This document shows, piece by piece, positions 23,448-38,002 of a stretch of DNA of 64,000 nucleotides. A model generated the notes under the pieces. It was not told where the DNA came from. It searched no databases and saw only the letters and a list, made by a program, of their open reading frames with translations. Source of the DNA: Mytilus trossulus (taxonomy: Eukaryota); assembly GCF_036588685.1 (NCBI RefSeq), contig NC_086375.1, forward strand, positions 45,260,001-45,324,000, read 5' to 3'. Each line of letters begins with the position of its first letter. Positions within the stretch are counted from its first letter, which is position 1. Both the position numbers and the translations under genes were made by a program.

Positions 23448-26176
23448 ACCACTATTACCATTTTCATTACTATCATGTAGTCAATAGTGTGTTTTGAATG
23501 GTGGACTGATTGATAAAAGAAGCGCGACAGATGCCAGAGGGACAGCCAAACTCATAGATCATAGATAATTTATAGTCCTGATTTATTTATCAGTTGTAGA
23601 TTTTGCACTAGCTTTCAGTTAATAATGACAATGCATTCTGTCTTTTTATTAGTTTATTTTCACACACAGAAAATATGTCGAGTTCAGGCTATTTTGTGCG
23701 CTCACGAACATGTTTAACAACGAAACACTCTATATGTGTATGTCTAAATCTGACCGTTGGGTTTCTCGCGTTTGAATCATTAAGCATGTTTTAATGTTGC
23801 TCATATCCATGTTATTGGGACAATGGTGGATAGTTGTCTCATATTGCAATGTCACGTCTCTATCCATGGGTTATTATTTCTACCAAATTCGTCAAAACAT
23901 TCGCTGTTCCCTGATTTTACAGCCCACATATAAATTATGTGACTTGAAGTACAAGTTCAAACTCGCACTTTCGATGCGGAAACCGATACGTATGATATTA
24001 TTGTTTATATAGGATAAATCTATGTAGATTACACATTAAATATGAGGAAAATGAAATATTAACACGGAAGAAAGACGCTTGATTTTCATATCGGTTATGT
24101 CTTCTTGACCTTTTTCAACATGAGGTCCTTAAATTTTTCAGAATGACAAGAAGAAAATTCCTTTTTTTTTGGTTTCATTTCTACTTCTTATCTAAACACA
24201 GATAAACTACAATTTCGACATCCTGTCTTTTTAATGTTTTTATCATATATCTTTTATAATATTGTCGAGTTTTCATTATGTTTGATTATGTTTGTTTTGT
24301 CAATGTATTTACCGTAACCGAAATTGGTTTTTGTCTGTTTTGCAAATAAAGAATTATAATAATACTGCAACTTTAAAGAAATTAAAAATTCTGATAATAG
24401 ACATATTACATCAAGTACAAATACTGATATCCGATGAAAATATAAAAGTTTTAGATCTGATCCACGTGATTTAAATGTGCACATCACGCGCTTATATGGG
24501 ACTGATGGACAGAATAAAAGTATACCGTCGCTGTTATGCAAAAACCTCGTATCTCAATTTTTTGCGGAAATCTTTTTATCGATTATTTAGGATTAAATAT
24601 GTATGATCCACTGTATGCGAAAATATCTGATCTTCTAACCAATCATTAACTTGAGTTCTGACATGTGACGAAAAAGTGAAGTCGGATTGGTGAGACATTT
24701 TCTTGTGCGAAAATATCGTATCTCAAAAGAAAAACACATGGCACGGCAGCTGACATTATAACAGGTACAATTTTAGGTTCTCAAAGCTAATATAGCTTTG
24801 AAATAATGAAAAGCTTTGAAAAAACAACATAGGTGCAGAAATATTTGCTCGTCTTGGTAATTGATTGGTTAGAAGATCAGTTATTGTCGCATACAGTGGA
24901 ACATACATATTTAATTCTAAAAAATCGATTAAAAGATTTCAGTTTTTACTGCCTGGTGTAAAATTATCAAAACCTTAGAAATACAAATAATTATCATCTA
25001 CAATAGCGTCTCACTTAAAGTTAAATTTTTCATGGGGAGTTATGGGAGGGGGTGTTTGTGTATAATACTAAATATCAGTGCTGATTTTTTCTCTCCAGAA
25101 AGGATTAGGTATATAGGAACAGAACAATTTAACATACCTTATTTGTACACTTCAGTTTGGCCGTCATACACCCTTTTTATGCACGACAAAGTTATGATAG
25201 CCTTTGCGGAAAGTTTCCGATACGTTACAAGATTCCTTCAAACAACCAATAAAGATGTTATAAATACAAGAAGTGTGTATAACTGGCTAGGCATGCGGCT
25301 TAATGAGGTTTTCTCTCTCATTCGTCATCTATAGGACGATAAATACACCATTTATATCTTAAAATTTCTTGTATCCTATAAATGGTAAACCATCGTGTTG
25401 TGTATACCCGGTTCAGATGTTATCTTGATAAACGATACACTGTACGTTAACCTGTATATGTCCTTCTTCCGTTATTAAAATATGTCAAACATCAAAACAA
25501 TCTTTTTCGATATTTGTTTGTGTTATCACATTTATAAAATTTACTATAAGAGTGTGAGGTATATCGATGCAAGCGGTTTATTTTATAACAGTTGATTACA
25601 CAACTAATGTATTCTACTTTCAATTTGTCAATCTATTTTTGAAATATATTAACATAGTGAGTATCTTACCCCTGTATAATCAAACGTAATGTACCTTACT
25701 TTAATTGATTTAAATTTTTATATTTTTACTTTTTGAGATATTATATATATTATCCGCCACGAAATTTTCCATCCATTTAAATCTGAAAGCAAACCCAGTA
25801 ATTCCCAATTTCTGGTAAGGTTGCCAAAACTTTATACATTAAATACCCTAATTTAGTAGAAGGTCATCTCGTATTCTACAACAAGTCAATCAACTGGTGT
25901 ACACACTATCAAAACAGATTTTGTACTTTTTTTGAAATCTATATACAGGCCTAAATATATACATTAGTCTAAATTATAAATGTACATTTCAACGAATGTG
26001 CACTGGCATGGACAAGAAAAGTTCCACTGGACAATGACAATGCAAATTGACTTAAAATGTTTCATATCCAATGAATTATAGGAACACACGCAATTTAAGG
26101 ATTTTTTTTTATTTTGTCACTTTCTGATCTTTCATTTACAAGAAAGCTTATCACTAACATTTTCAATAAACATTCC

Positions 26177-26535
26177 AATAAACTCATCATTGATACCAGG
26201 ATTAAATTTTGTGTTTACGCGAGACGCGCGTTTCATCTACAAAAGACTCATCAGTGACGCTCGAATCCAAAAAAGATTAAAAGATCAAATAAAGTACGAC
26301 GTTGAAGAGCATTGAGGACCAAAATTCCTAAAAGTTTAGCATAATACAGCTAAGGTTATCTATTCTGTTGAGGTAAAAAAAAAGCCTTAATATTTCAAAA
26401 ATTCAAAAGTTAAGAAAACAGTTGATTTATAAATATGGCCATATCAATGATAATTCATGTCAGCACAGAAGGGCTGAATATATGGCTGGTGATACCCTCG
26501 GGGAATTAAAACTCCATCAGCAGTGGCATCGATCA
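26177..26535 (-). mobile_element. Retrozyme-type repeat monomer (~360 bp)
   Basis: Colinear with the 53712-54030 and 63128-63460 copies; contains a hammerhead. Confidence 0.8.
26217..26260 (-). ncRNA. Type I hammerhead ribozyme, core intact, one stem I mismatch
   Basis: Reverse complement GCGUCA CUGAUGA GUCU UUUGU AGAU GAAA CGCGCG UC UCGCGU. Confidence 0.8.
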
Positions 26536-27555
26536 ATATAAGAGTGTGAATATGATACTACATCATGGTTTTTTTTTAATTATTAAAATTGCAATGTTTG
26601 TGATAAGCCAAAACAGTTTCATGATAAAAAAAAATTACAAATTTACGACAGTCTATCAACTGTTCTATTTTTATAGAAATTTGTCCGTTTATACATTTTT
26701 TTATTGAGATTGTACAGCAAAATCAATGTTTTTGAAAAAGAAAAAAAAAACAACCATGAACATCTTGTTGCTACCATGAAATATTGTAGATAAACTCATC
26801 ATAGATACCAGGAATAAATTTAGTTTATACGCCAGACGCACGTTTCGTCTACAAAAGACTCATTCATGTCAGCCTATCAATGGAAGAGTGTGAATACAGC
26901 ATATTTTTATTTTTTATTGAAATTGCAATGTTCGTGATTAGGCAAAGCAGTTTCATGATAAAAAAGTACAAATACGACAGTCTATCAACTGTTTATTTTT
27001 TATAGAAATTTGTCCGTGTATACATTTTTTATTGAGATAGTAAAGCAAAATCAATGTTTTTGAAATAAAACACAAAAGAAACATGATCATCTTGTTGCTA
27101 CCATGAAACATTGTAGATGTAACCCAATTTTTTTTAATCAGAGGAAAATTGTACAAGCATAATGAACACATAATTTCTGAAATGTTTATCTCGAAATTTC
27201 GAATCAAATAAAAAACATTTTGTAAAAATATTAACTTCATGTTCATTCTAATGAGTTAATTAGTAATTACATTAAATGTTTTCTTTAACTTTGATAAAAT
27301 ATTACATATAATATAGCCATAATTATAATTACTTTGCAAATGAGAAGGTTATTTTTGTAAAAGAATATATCGCGACATCGTTTACCAATTATTGAATAGA
27401 CATTTATTCTGAATCTTTGATATCCCAAAACCAAATTGCAAAAAACGCACAAGTTCACCGTGCAAATAGTGTGAACCTCGAAATGGTGTACGGAAACCGA
27501 AAATTAATCATTTGGTGTCGTTGACTATTTTTAAGAATTATATGCTGCTTTTCGT

Positions 27556-27633
27556 AATTTCATTGGGGTGTAAAAGCGTTGACCGAAGTACAATTTGTAC
27601 GGACGGTCAACACTTTTACAACCCTATGAAATT
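27556..27633. repeat. Imperfect 78-bp hairpin, probably a transposon end
   Basis: aatttcattggggtgtaaaagcgttgaccg...cggtcaacacttttacaaccctatgaaatt. Confidence 0.75.
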
Positions 27634-29009
27634 GTAAATATGGAGCATATTGGAAATTATGAATAGTATAAATACATTGCGCTAAATATATCTATGCGGA
27701 AAACGAAATGGTTCAGGAAACTATTAAAATGATAAACCACCACACATTACCTACACGGAAAACGAAATCGTTCGGATGCATGATTACATAGCTAAATCAA
27801 ACTGAGCGATCAGGAATTTTTGACTACATTATGGTGCCTATGATTGCAGTACAGTAGAAGTAATTGTTATAAAGATTAAAAAAAATACTAAAAAAAACAC
27901 CACACTACAACACAGAAGACTGAGCAGGATTACTTGGCCGCATGATAATTTCGATATTAAGAAATACATATCATGACTATGAAAGAAAATGGCATAATCA
28001 TTTAAAATTATATTGATGAAGGCATTCGTGTTGAATAAGAGTTATAAGAGAAGTAAAACCGGGTTTGATTCGTTTTAACGAACAACATATCACTAACCAG
28101 GTCGTTAAATACGTCCGTATTATAATCTTAATATTGACAAAGAATAATTAGAATATTGTAGAAGTATTCAATAAAATTCCATAAAATTGCAGGAGAAAAA
28201 AACCTTGCATTTATGAATCATTAGGCGTAAAATAAACTGCCTTAAATTAAACAGATACACATTAGGCAAATTGCATCACACGTGACTTCAATAGACCAAT
28301 AACTCTGGTATGACATACTCCACGTATCAGATAATTTTCAAAACAGAAATGGAGCGTACTTTCACCAATTCAACGAACAAATATATATTGTTGAAGTAAA
28401 TGATCCGAGAACGCTACCTCGAAACTTTTGGTTATCGTCCCATTACTGAGAGACAAAAAAGGGTGTTTTTTTTAACAAATTAAATAACAAAATGAATCCA
28501 TATTACCTCTTACCATATACAGGATTAAAATTAAGTTTCAATTCAATCTGTACAAGATTACTCATAATTCGTTATCACAGGTACCAGGATTATAATTTAG
28601 TACGCCAGACGCGCGTTTCGTCTACATAAGACGTATCAGTGACGCAAATATCAAAATAGTTATAAAGCCAAACAAATACAAAGTTAAAGAGCGTTGAGGA
28701 TCCAAAATTCCAAAAAGTTGTGCCAAATACAGCTAAGGTAATCTATGCCTGGGATAAGAAAATCCTTAGTTTTTCAAAAAGTTCAAAGTTCTAGATCTGT
28801 AAACAGGAAATTTATAAAAATGACCAAATAATTGATATTCATGTCAACACCCGTAAAAATTCAATCTGACTGTTTTAATTCCCGTAGCTTTTGGACGACA
28901 AACTGAAAAACGTGATATGTTCATGATGAAATTTTAAAAAATCACAAAGGAACTTAATATTTATTTAATTAAGTAGTGTAACAGATGCCAGTATCTGTGT
29001 GAAAATAAA

Positions 29010-29983
29010 GGAGTAGGTCCGGTAAGGATCGATTTTTGCCTTAAGGATGTCTGCTGGTCATGTTTTTGAATTCTTGTCATATTTTCGATTTTCTCAGGTT
29101 TTATCCATCCAAATGTATTTAAAAAAAATTTACACGACACCCCACTTTTGTCTTCATAAATCTGTTCAATAGATCATTTCAGATTTAGTGATCCGGCGGC
29201 ATGAAATCCTTGTTATTTTTCTTGGTTTAAAGGGTAAAAAACAATTCCAATGTTAACAAATAGTAAAGTCTGAAGAAAACCCTTTTCCCGCCATTTTCTA
29301 AATGTCTCGTATTTTGAAAACTACACACGAGACTAATGATTTTATTACTTTATTTTGTTTAAATATCAAAGTTGTTTTCATTTTGAACAACCACATGAAA
29401 TCCTTGTTATCTTAAATTAGAGCAGCAGACATCCTTAAACTTCAGGTTCATCTGAGAAAAGATTTTGACCACTTTTCAAATACTTAAGTGTCTATTTTAT
29501 TTGAATCAAATTAGTTTATGTGAAAGATTCGAACTGAATTAGTCATTAAAAACGATCCGATTCAAGCTCAAATATGAAAAATCAACCAAATATACCGAAA
29601 AATGTCACTTTTCGGATGTTTTTTTTGTCAAAAATGAAAGTGGCCGCATCCGTGTTCATCCTCGACCTTTATATATGTTATGTATTATCATAAAATACAA
29701 CTTCCATTCAATATTAAGGATGAACACGAATGCGGCCACTTTCGTTTTACACGAAAATCGTCTAAAATTTAACTAAATTGCTAGAATTATGAGGAATTCA
29801 GTAATTTAGCATGACTTTAAGGTGCCAGTACCCGATATATGTTCATTGTATAGTAAAAAATAGCCCATATTTATGTAGCAGAAGACCCCTTCTGTTCAAT
29901 AAATAACTAAAAGTTTACAATTTATTAATTTTGTAAAACTGCTATATTTTTAGGCCAAAAAGGGCTCTTACTGGACCTACTCC
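29010..29983. mobile_element. Second copy of the GGAGTAGGTCC MITE, carrying a nested insertion
   Basis: Reverse-complement match to 4546-5123 except for 29045-29438. Confidence 0.85.
29045..29434. mobile_element. Nested TTAA-targeting MITE (Kolobok-like ends)
   Basis: TTAA|GGATGTCTGCTG...CAGCAGACATCC|TTAA. Confidence 0.85.
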
Positions 29984-31669
29984 TTTGTTCGGGAGACGGG
30001 CTTTTCGTTTAATGCAAAAACTCACCAGTTATCATAACAATCTATTCCTTGGGTAGAAATTCCTTAGTAAGTTAATGTTTCGAACAAATCTATGTATTAT
30101 GGAAGACTTTCATATGACATAATTAGAAAACAAAATCTTATATAACTTCTGAACGACACAAAATATTTTGATCATCAATTCTTGTAGAGTGACATTAAAC
30201 TGTGTAAGAATATCATTAATGTACACAACATATTTTTATATATATATAAGTGTGTCCCCAATGAATCCGCGGTGGTCTCAAATTCAGTGGCATAAATTAA
30301 ATAATAGTAACTTACCTTTAATCTTTGGACATTTCTATACTATATATTATGACCTGAAGATATTGAAAGAATAAAAATGATTTACAGAAATTTTAATGAA
30401 TAGAATAAGACTGGGAATTTCCTATTCATATATAGGTTATGTAAGTACGAGTGCACTAACATATGCAAACTATGTAGGAGTGAGCACACGGAAACATAAC
30501 ATAATGTGCGGGTTGCTATAATACTCAGATCTTTAAGTCATTATGATAATCTTTATATTTTTCTTAAAAAAGAAGAATAAACAAACTTTTTAAATTAACT
30601 TCTTTTTATCCATTCATCCAAATCTTAAGATTTACATATTTTGTTAAATGTGTACTTATATATCTTAATGATTATACGTGTTTTTTTTTAAATTTTCAAT
30701 CAATTAAAAATAAAAATTGAAAAGAAAGTGTCAAATTTCAAAATGTACGCTTTTCAGTGTGAAAATATTTTAATCTTGCGATCTTTTATACCCCTTGTAA
30801 GTGCGAATGATGAAGATTAATAGGACATATGTATATATTTAAACAAGGAAATAGAAACAAGAAGTTATAAACAATATTTTAAAATAAATACTTCGATTTA
30901 AAAGGACAGTCTAGTTGTACCAATTCAGTATGATTATATGGATTGGGTATTTTCTGGTTTTGTTTGAATGAGGACTTTTTATCATTAAGTTGGAAAATAG
31001 GATATAAATATGGGATTGATAATCCACCCGTTTCAAATGGTATTATAATGACATATACAAACTGAATAATATAACCCTCAACTTAACAAATTATCAATTT
31101 GGATATTTAAAAGAAACTTTGTATCAATGGGACATTTCTACTGGGTAACCAATTTGTTGTCGTGCTCAATTATTACACTCAACTATTTTGTTAAACTTTA
31201 AGTTACCGACGAAATATATAAATAACTATATTGTTAAAATTGATAAAAAGATGAATTGTTTTCATCAATGACAAAATCCTAACACGCACTAACAATTTTG
31301 ACAAAAAACATAGGCAAAATGTGTAGATAGTTAGACGTAATTGCTGAAAAAGTCGGACCCACAACACGTACAGAACTCGCACACATTCCTGAAACTTCAA
31401 GATTTAGTTTATATTGATTTCTATTGTTTTTATTAATACGTTGACTGTTTATTCCTTGAATAAATAGTGAGATGTGGTATTCTTACCAATGAGAGAACTA
31501 TCCACCAAAATTAAAATGAACTCGATGTAAGCAATCATATGCAAAAAGTAAGATCACCGTGGAAAATTCAAAACGGAAAGTCCCTAATAAAATGGCAAAA
31601 TCAAAAGCTCAAACACATCAAACGAATAGATAACAGCTGTCATATTTCTGATTTGGTACAGGCTTTTGA

Positions 31670-31937
31670 TCTATTTCGTGACAGCCAGATATTATAAGTG
31701 GAGATAGCTGGAGTGCTAGGAGTAAACCACCGAAAATAGATAGGAAAACTGACAATCCTAGTCAATTAAGATTGGAGTCAAGTGCACCTGTACGAGCGTG
31801 GTTGTGGACTTTCCTTTTTGAATTTTCCTTGGAGTTCAGTATTTTTGTGATTTTACTTTTTTCAAACTCTTAACCTTAGTGTTGACTGGCTAGTGATTCC
31901 AGTAGTAACTACTTAGACCATTGGTCACCGAGGCTCC
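31670..31937 (-). mobile_element. Degenerate tRNA-derived SINE interrupted by a kB-containing repeat (~31803-31861); related piece at ~20710-20890
   Basis: Minus-strand head ggagcctcggtgaccaatggtctaag (A-box-like) ... gagtttgaa (B-box-like). Confidence 0.6.
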
Positions 31938-32246
31938 TTAGTTATATTTTAAAGACCAATGACCAATGACCAAAGACCGCTTGATATTAACTATTTTGAA
32001 CGTCAAGCTTTTGTGGGTTCTTCAATAAATACTTAATGGAATTATTTAGGTTTGCAAAGATGCATAAAATATCCGTTTTCAGAGTCAAAGACTATGGAAT
32101 CTAATGGGAAAAATTATAGGACGTACAACTTCATGCGCACAATGTGGTTTAAGACTAAATGACGGACGAAGTTGAAAGGCATTAGAAATCAAAATTTAAA
32201 ACCTGATATAAATGATGAGTTTATATCTCTACACTATAATATTTTG

Positions 32247-32449
32247 AATATCTTTGGTTAGCTTGCTTGCTAGCTGAACCGTGAAGTCAATTTTGAGTAA
32301 GATATACTTTCCTCCTTTGGAAGTAGCCTAGTCCTTAAGATATGTAAATTGGTTATCTGTCGGATTTTTCTACTCTTAAAGGAGGGTAGTTTACCTAACG
32401 TAATAACGACTTCACGGTTCAGCTAGCAAGTAAGATAATCGAAAATATT
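32247..32449. repeat. Foldback/MITE with ~43-bp inverted arms
   Basis: cttgctagctgaaccgtgaagtc ... gacttcacggttcagctagcaag. Confidence 0.8.
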
Positions 32450-35400
32450 ACATTTGCCCACAATGTAAGAGAAAAATACAATCAATATATTTCTTTAATA
32501 AGTTTGTACTAAAAAAGCAAGATAACAAAAATACCGAACTCCAAGGGAAATTCAAAAAGGAAAGTCAGTTATCGAATAACAAAATCACAAATTCAAAATA
32601 ACAGATCAGCATTTACTCAAATAGCAGATGAAATTAATTTCAAAACATTCCTATTATATAGAACGAAGCAATAAGAGTGCACGTGACTTAATGTACAATC
32701 AAAGTGGAAAACGAAACTTTTCGACAAAATATAAAGTATGTTTGCTTGTGTAAATAAAATGTAAATATCACGTACTATGTATATAAGGAAAACGAATGAA
32801 ATACAACTGATATTTCCAGGAGATTATGACTTTTTAACTTTTTGCAACATGATATCTTTATATAATTATTTAGAACGATTAGAGGAAAATTCTATGTTTC
32901 ATTTGTACTTTATCTAATACATAACAAAATTAAATTTCTAGTTTGATATTCTATGTCATTTATCATCAATAGCCCAGTAGTCAGCACTGCTGTGTTGACC
33001 TGAGTTATCATTGATATATTCATAATTATAAATTAACTGTCAACAAAAGTTTAAATTTTTTAAATACTAAGCTGTATTTGGTAAAATGTTTGGGATTTTT
33101 GGTCTTCAATGCTCTTCAACTTCGTACTTTATTTTGTCTTTTTAACATTTTTTTTATTCGAGCGTCACTAATGAGTCTTTTGTAGACAAAATGAGCGTCT
33201 GGCGTAAATACAAAATTTCAATACTGGTATCTATGGTGAGTTTATTGAAGAAAATGTAAAGGAAAACAAAATTCTCATATCTTGACATGCAGTAAATGTT
33301 TAAACACTCTTCATTATGCAAAAGCTCTAGTTGATCTGCCCTTTGTTTGTCTAATGAACAGAGAAATTTCGTCACCTAAATATAAATATACACGGAGTTA
33401 ATGAAACCATCGCAAATACGTTACACGAATGGTTAACTAATGTTTTCCATTTTGGCTATATATAATGGATGTTAATACTGAAAAAGTATATTTAAAAAAG
33501 GGAATAATAGGGACAAACATACTTGATCCGTCTGCTTCACTGCCTCTTTTTGGCCTTTTCTGTACCATATGCAAGACATATTTGAGGATATTCTATTTGT
33601 AAGGTTTATATATGCATTTTAATTTATTAACATTTTTTTAATCATCAAAGATACAAGGCTTATACATTACGACACATGTTCAAAGAACGAAAAGCTCTTG
33701 ATCAAGTTGAGGTAAAAGACAAAGCAATGGCAAAAAGAAAAAAAAAACGAAATACGATGAGAAGACAAACATATGCATAATACATTACATAGAAAACTAA
33801 AAACAGAGCAACCAAAAACCCCTTCATCTATGCTTAGCCTATTCTATAAATAGGTTACAAAATGATACTATTGTTCTGAGTTTATATTAATCTCGTAGCT
33901 TTACAAATATTGAAAGTATTCATTATTAAATACAATTAAAACATGAGGTTGTAATTGAAGATATACATGATAAAGAAAAACTAAGTATTGTTCCTCCATC
34001 AAATAGATGTCATCTGACAAATATTTATTAATAGTATCGGAAGCACATGTCTGTGTTTGTTTATGTTCAACACGCGTTGACGAGCACATGGTTGCATACC
34101 TGGTTTGCTTTTGTATGATTTGATTGGCTATTGTATATCGAAATGCAGGTATCCTACCAGTATACATGAGGGTAGGATCGTGACTCTCGTGCAGAATTGT
34201 ATTATAAATAACAGATATTTCGATAACAAGTTATTCGATATTTTGCCTTTTTGAATAGCGTAATTTCGTTTCGTTATACATATACCCCACCCCACCCATT
34301 TGATAGATTTTGTTAGTCAGTTTGATAATTTGTAATAATAATGTATTTACTATGTTTTGTAGATTGTCGTAAATTTTGAATTTTGTTGGATGGAGTTCCG
34401 ATACGGACTGTGTATTGGTGAAATTTTGTGTGATATATTTGTCTGAAAATAATTATTAGATGTAGAACATTTTAAAAAAATATTTTGATAAATGGTTTTG
34501 ATGTTTGAGAATGAATAAAGTATTAAAGTGTGCTACTCACACGGAGAGCACATTCCTATAGTATACATATGTGTTGAGTTAATTGACTAAATAATTTATG
34601 TTCGGTTAAGCTTAAATAATAAGAACATAACGTCTATGAATAGGTTTTTAATATGATATCAAATTACCTTTAAAGGATACAGTTGTATGAAATTCAGAAT
34701 AAGAAGTTAAATTTGAAGGAAACGTCAAATATAAAACTATTTATGAACATATCTTGATTTTTTCAATAATCATGATAATGACATGTCACCAAAATGTCAT
34801 TATTTTTACAAAACAAAAACAATATAATAAGTTACTCTTAGTTGAAATATGCAGGCAAACCAAAAAAGGGTGTATCGATATATGCGAGTCGACGAATTAC
34901 TGATTTGGTGTTTTTTTTTGCTTATTTAAAGAAGATTCAATTTATTTGCAATAACTTGTTTGAATTTTAAACTATTTTGATATGAGCGTCACTGGTAAGT
35001 CTTATGTAGGCGAAACGCGTGTATTGCGTATTAAAATATAAGCCTGGTACCTTTGATAACTAACTGCATTACATATACACACACCAACTTATCAGTCATC
35101 CACTTTTTAAGGAGAACAGACACTGTGCATTCTGGTTTTTTTATTTAAAAATTTGAGTAAAAATAAAATATAAGAAGTTGGAAGACAATAATGCCAATAT
35201 TTGAGAAACAGTTGTAAAATCTAAACCTAAAAAATACCGATATACTTATGAACATTTGAAGAGGGGCTCTGAAATATTACTTGACATGTTATTAATTTTC
35301 ACAAAAAGCACTTTTTTTTTTAAATATAAGACTCACAAGTGACGCCCAAATATAAAAAAAGAAAAAAAGTAAGCAACGTAAATCAAGAAGTAATTTACTG

Positions 35401-36214
35401 GTATACGATTGCACTAATAAACTTCGTATATGAAGGATGCGATTTTGCAGTTGGATTTAAAGCATGAACGCAGGGACTTTAAATACAAAAAAAAGATAGA
35501 TGCATGTTTGAAGAATATGGGTTCATAGGACACAGTGCCCCACTCGGACTATTTCTGAACGATGAAGTGTTGGTAAAAACAATGATTTAAAGACTAGTTA
35601 TAACATGTATAACACAATGTTTTGAATCATGTACTCTTATTTTTTACATGTTAACCTATTATGTCTGTTTGTTTTGTTCACTATTGTTACCAATATAATG
35701 GAATTTTATGCAACTGCCATACAAGTGAGAGGTAAGCTGGCTATAAAACCAAGTATAAATCATCAATTTTCTGATGCTATGCATTTTCTAGGAATATGAC
35801 AGATGTAATACGCTCGTTTGATGTGTTTAAGCTTTTGATTTTGCCATTAATTTTGATTAAGGACTTTTCGTTTAGATTTTTCCTCGGAGTTCAATATTTT
35901 TATTTTATTACTTTTTAACAGTTTTGTTAATCTTAATATTTATTCTACAATGTGCTGATATGATGCAAAAGTATCTTAAACCAAACCTTTATTGTGATAC
36001 GGGACGGATGGACTAACAAATTGACTGACATACGGATCAACAGACCGAAAAAAAAACCACCAAAGAGTCCCTGCAAGTTTTTACTGTAGATGGGACATTT
36101 GAATAATATATAATTTCTATAATACAGTTATTGAACTTATGTGTTTAATTTCAATACAACGGATGTGGCGAATCATATTTCCCTTGAAGTACTATTGAGA
36201 AAATGTAATTAACA

Positions 36215-38002
36215 GGCCTAAGATCACAATTAATTCCCTTTGTTCGTGGTCTAGGAATATAGTTCCTAATTATTATATGGGGTATTTCTTCCTAGGTAAT
36301 ATGTCTACTGTTATCTTTGAAATGTTTACTATTTAAGTGGTCCTCACAGTTGCATATATATTGAAATAAGTAAAACATGTGGAAAAAAATTATTGTTGAA
36401 AGTGAAAGTAGTGATTTGGCCTAAATGAAAGTAGGGTAGAAATTAGCCTTCGTCATTTATTCAAGATTCAAATCCTACCATAGGCATGTCAATACGGCTC
36501 TCAAAAGAAAAAGCACTTATGGATTGTCCTGGGACAAGCATATTTTATTGGAATAATAATGGTCTATAAGCAGTTAAATTTATTTCATGTTTGTGGCGGT
36601 GCAAATTTTTTAATTCACTTTGACTTTAATCAAAAAATGCATTGTAGCCAAGGGGGAGAATAATTGTGTTCTGAGGCCTAGGAGATGAGTTTGGACAACA
36701 CACAATTATTGTAACTAAAGGGTCTAACAGGTATAACATGATCTTTGTCTGATAACTTTTTAAGAAAGATAAAAGAAATTTCACAAAATGTATCAAAACA
36801 AGACATTTTTCCATATTTGGGCATATGAGGCAGATTTTGGCATTTTTTTTTATAGTTTACATGATTTCTAATGAACATTAGAGGAATAAAATTGCAAGAA
36901 TGCACCACATTATTTCATTAAATGAATTAGGGTACTTTATAAATGCAAATTTAATAAGGTTTAACAAAAGTGAGTTGATCCCAGGGACATAACATAACAT
37001 ACAGAGACATTTAAAAATATGAAAAGTAAAATGTCTCAAAAATTTAAAATTTTCAAGTCTAAATTACTTTTAGTTGTTTAGAAGTAAATAACCAATGAGT
37101 GGGATAGAATAAAGGGAATAAATCAATTTTTTAGTGTTTATTCATCCACAATTGTGCTTTTTATGTCTGTTCCTTTACCATACTGACCAATTCTGATTTA
37201 ATAACCATAGATATATAAATTTGAAAGGTAATGCCACATAAGTGGCAGTTTGCTTTAGAAGTTGTCTCATTTCAACTAAAGACAGTTTATGTTTACTGGA
37301 TCAAGGCTTATTTTGGTAATAAAGTACCCCAAAAAATATTTTCTGAATCAAATATTGACTGAATTCTTAACACTTTGCAAATAGCATGTTCCGCAGACAG
37401 ATATACTCATATAAAAACCTTCCAAACTTTTTTAATACTTGTCAGAATGTAATAAAATTTGGCATTTATTCTACTAAGATATCATGCTAAGTAACTGTGA
37501 AGTTTCATGAGAATATTTTAATTTTTTGAGGTCAAATAGGCCTAAGATCACAATTAATTCCCTTTGTTCGTGGTCTAGGAATATAGTTCCTAATTATTAT
37601 ATGGGGTATTTCTTCCTAGGTAATATGTCTACTGTTATCTTTGAAATGTTTACTATTTAAGTGGTCCTCACAGTTGCATATATATTGAAATAAGTAAAAC
37701 ATGTGGAAAAAAATTATTGTTGAAAGTGAAAGTAGTGATTTGGCCTAAATGAAAGTAGGGTAGAAATTAGCCTTCGTCATTTATTCAAGATTCAAATCCT
37801 ACCATAGGCATGTCAATACGGCTCTCAAAAGAAAAAGCACTTATGGATTGTCCTGGGACAAGCATATTTTATTGGAATAATAATGGTCTATAAGCAGTTA
37901 AATTTATTTCATGTTTGTGGCGGTGCAAATTTTTTAATTCACTTTGACTTTAATAAAAAAATGCATTGTAGCCAAGGGGGAGAATAATTGTGTTCTGAGG
38001 CC
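36215..38002. mobile_element. Composite element: two direct 464-bp TIR-bounded modules (36215-36678, 37539-38002) flanking 860 bp; outer TSD AACA
   Basis: Modules differ at one position by eye; each begins GGCCTAAGATCACAATTA and ends TAATTGTGTTCTGAGGCC; AACA at 36211-36214 and 38003-38006. Confidence 0.85.

Noticed and set aside
25032-25520. 100-aa ORF and surrounding coding-like sequence
   Set aside because: No recognisable motif on either strand; may be a decayed TE but cannot be supported.
27690-32720. Scattered GAAANNGAAA ISRE-like motifs (~27698, ~27758, 32707)
   Set aside because: Several are expected by chance in 64 kb of AT-rich DNA and there is no independent support.
36215-38002. 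LTR retrotransposon or TRIM
   Set aside because: No TG...CA termini, no evident PBS/PPT or coding remnants; the repeats carry their own TIRs.
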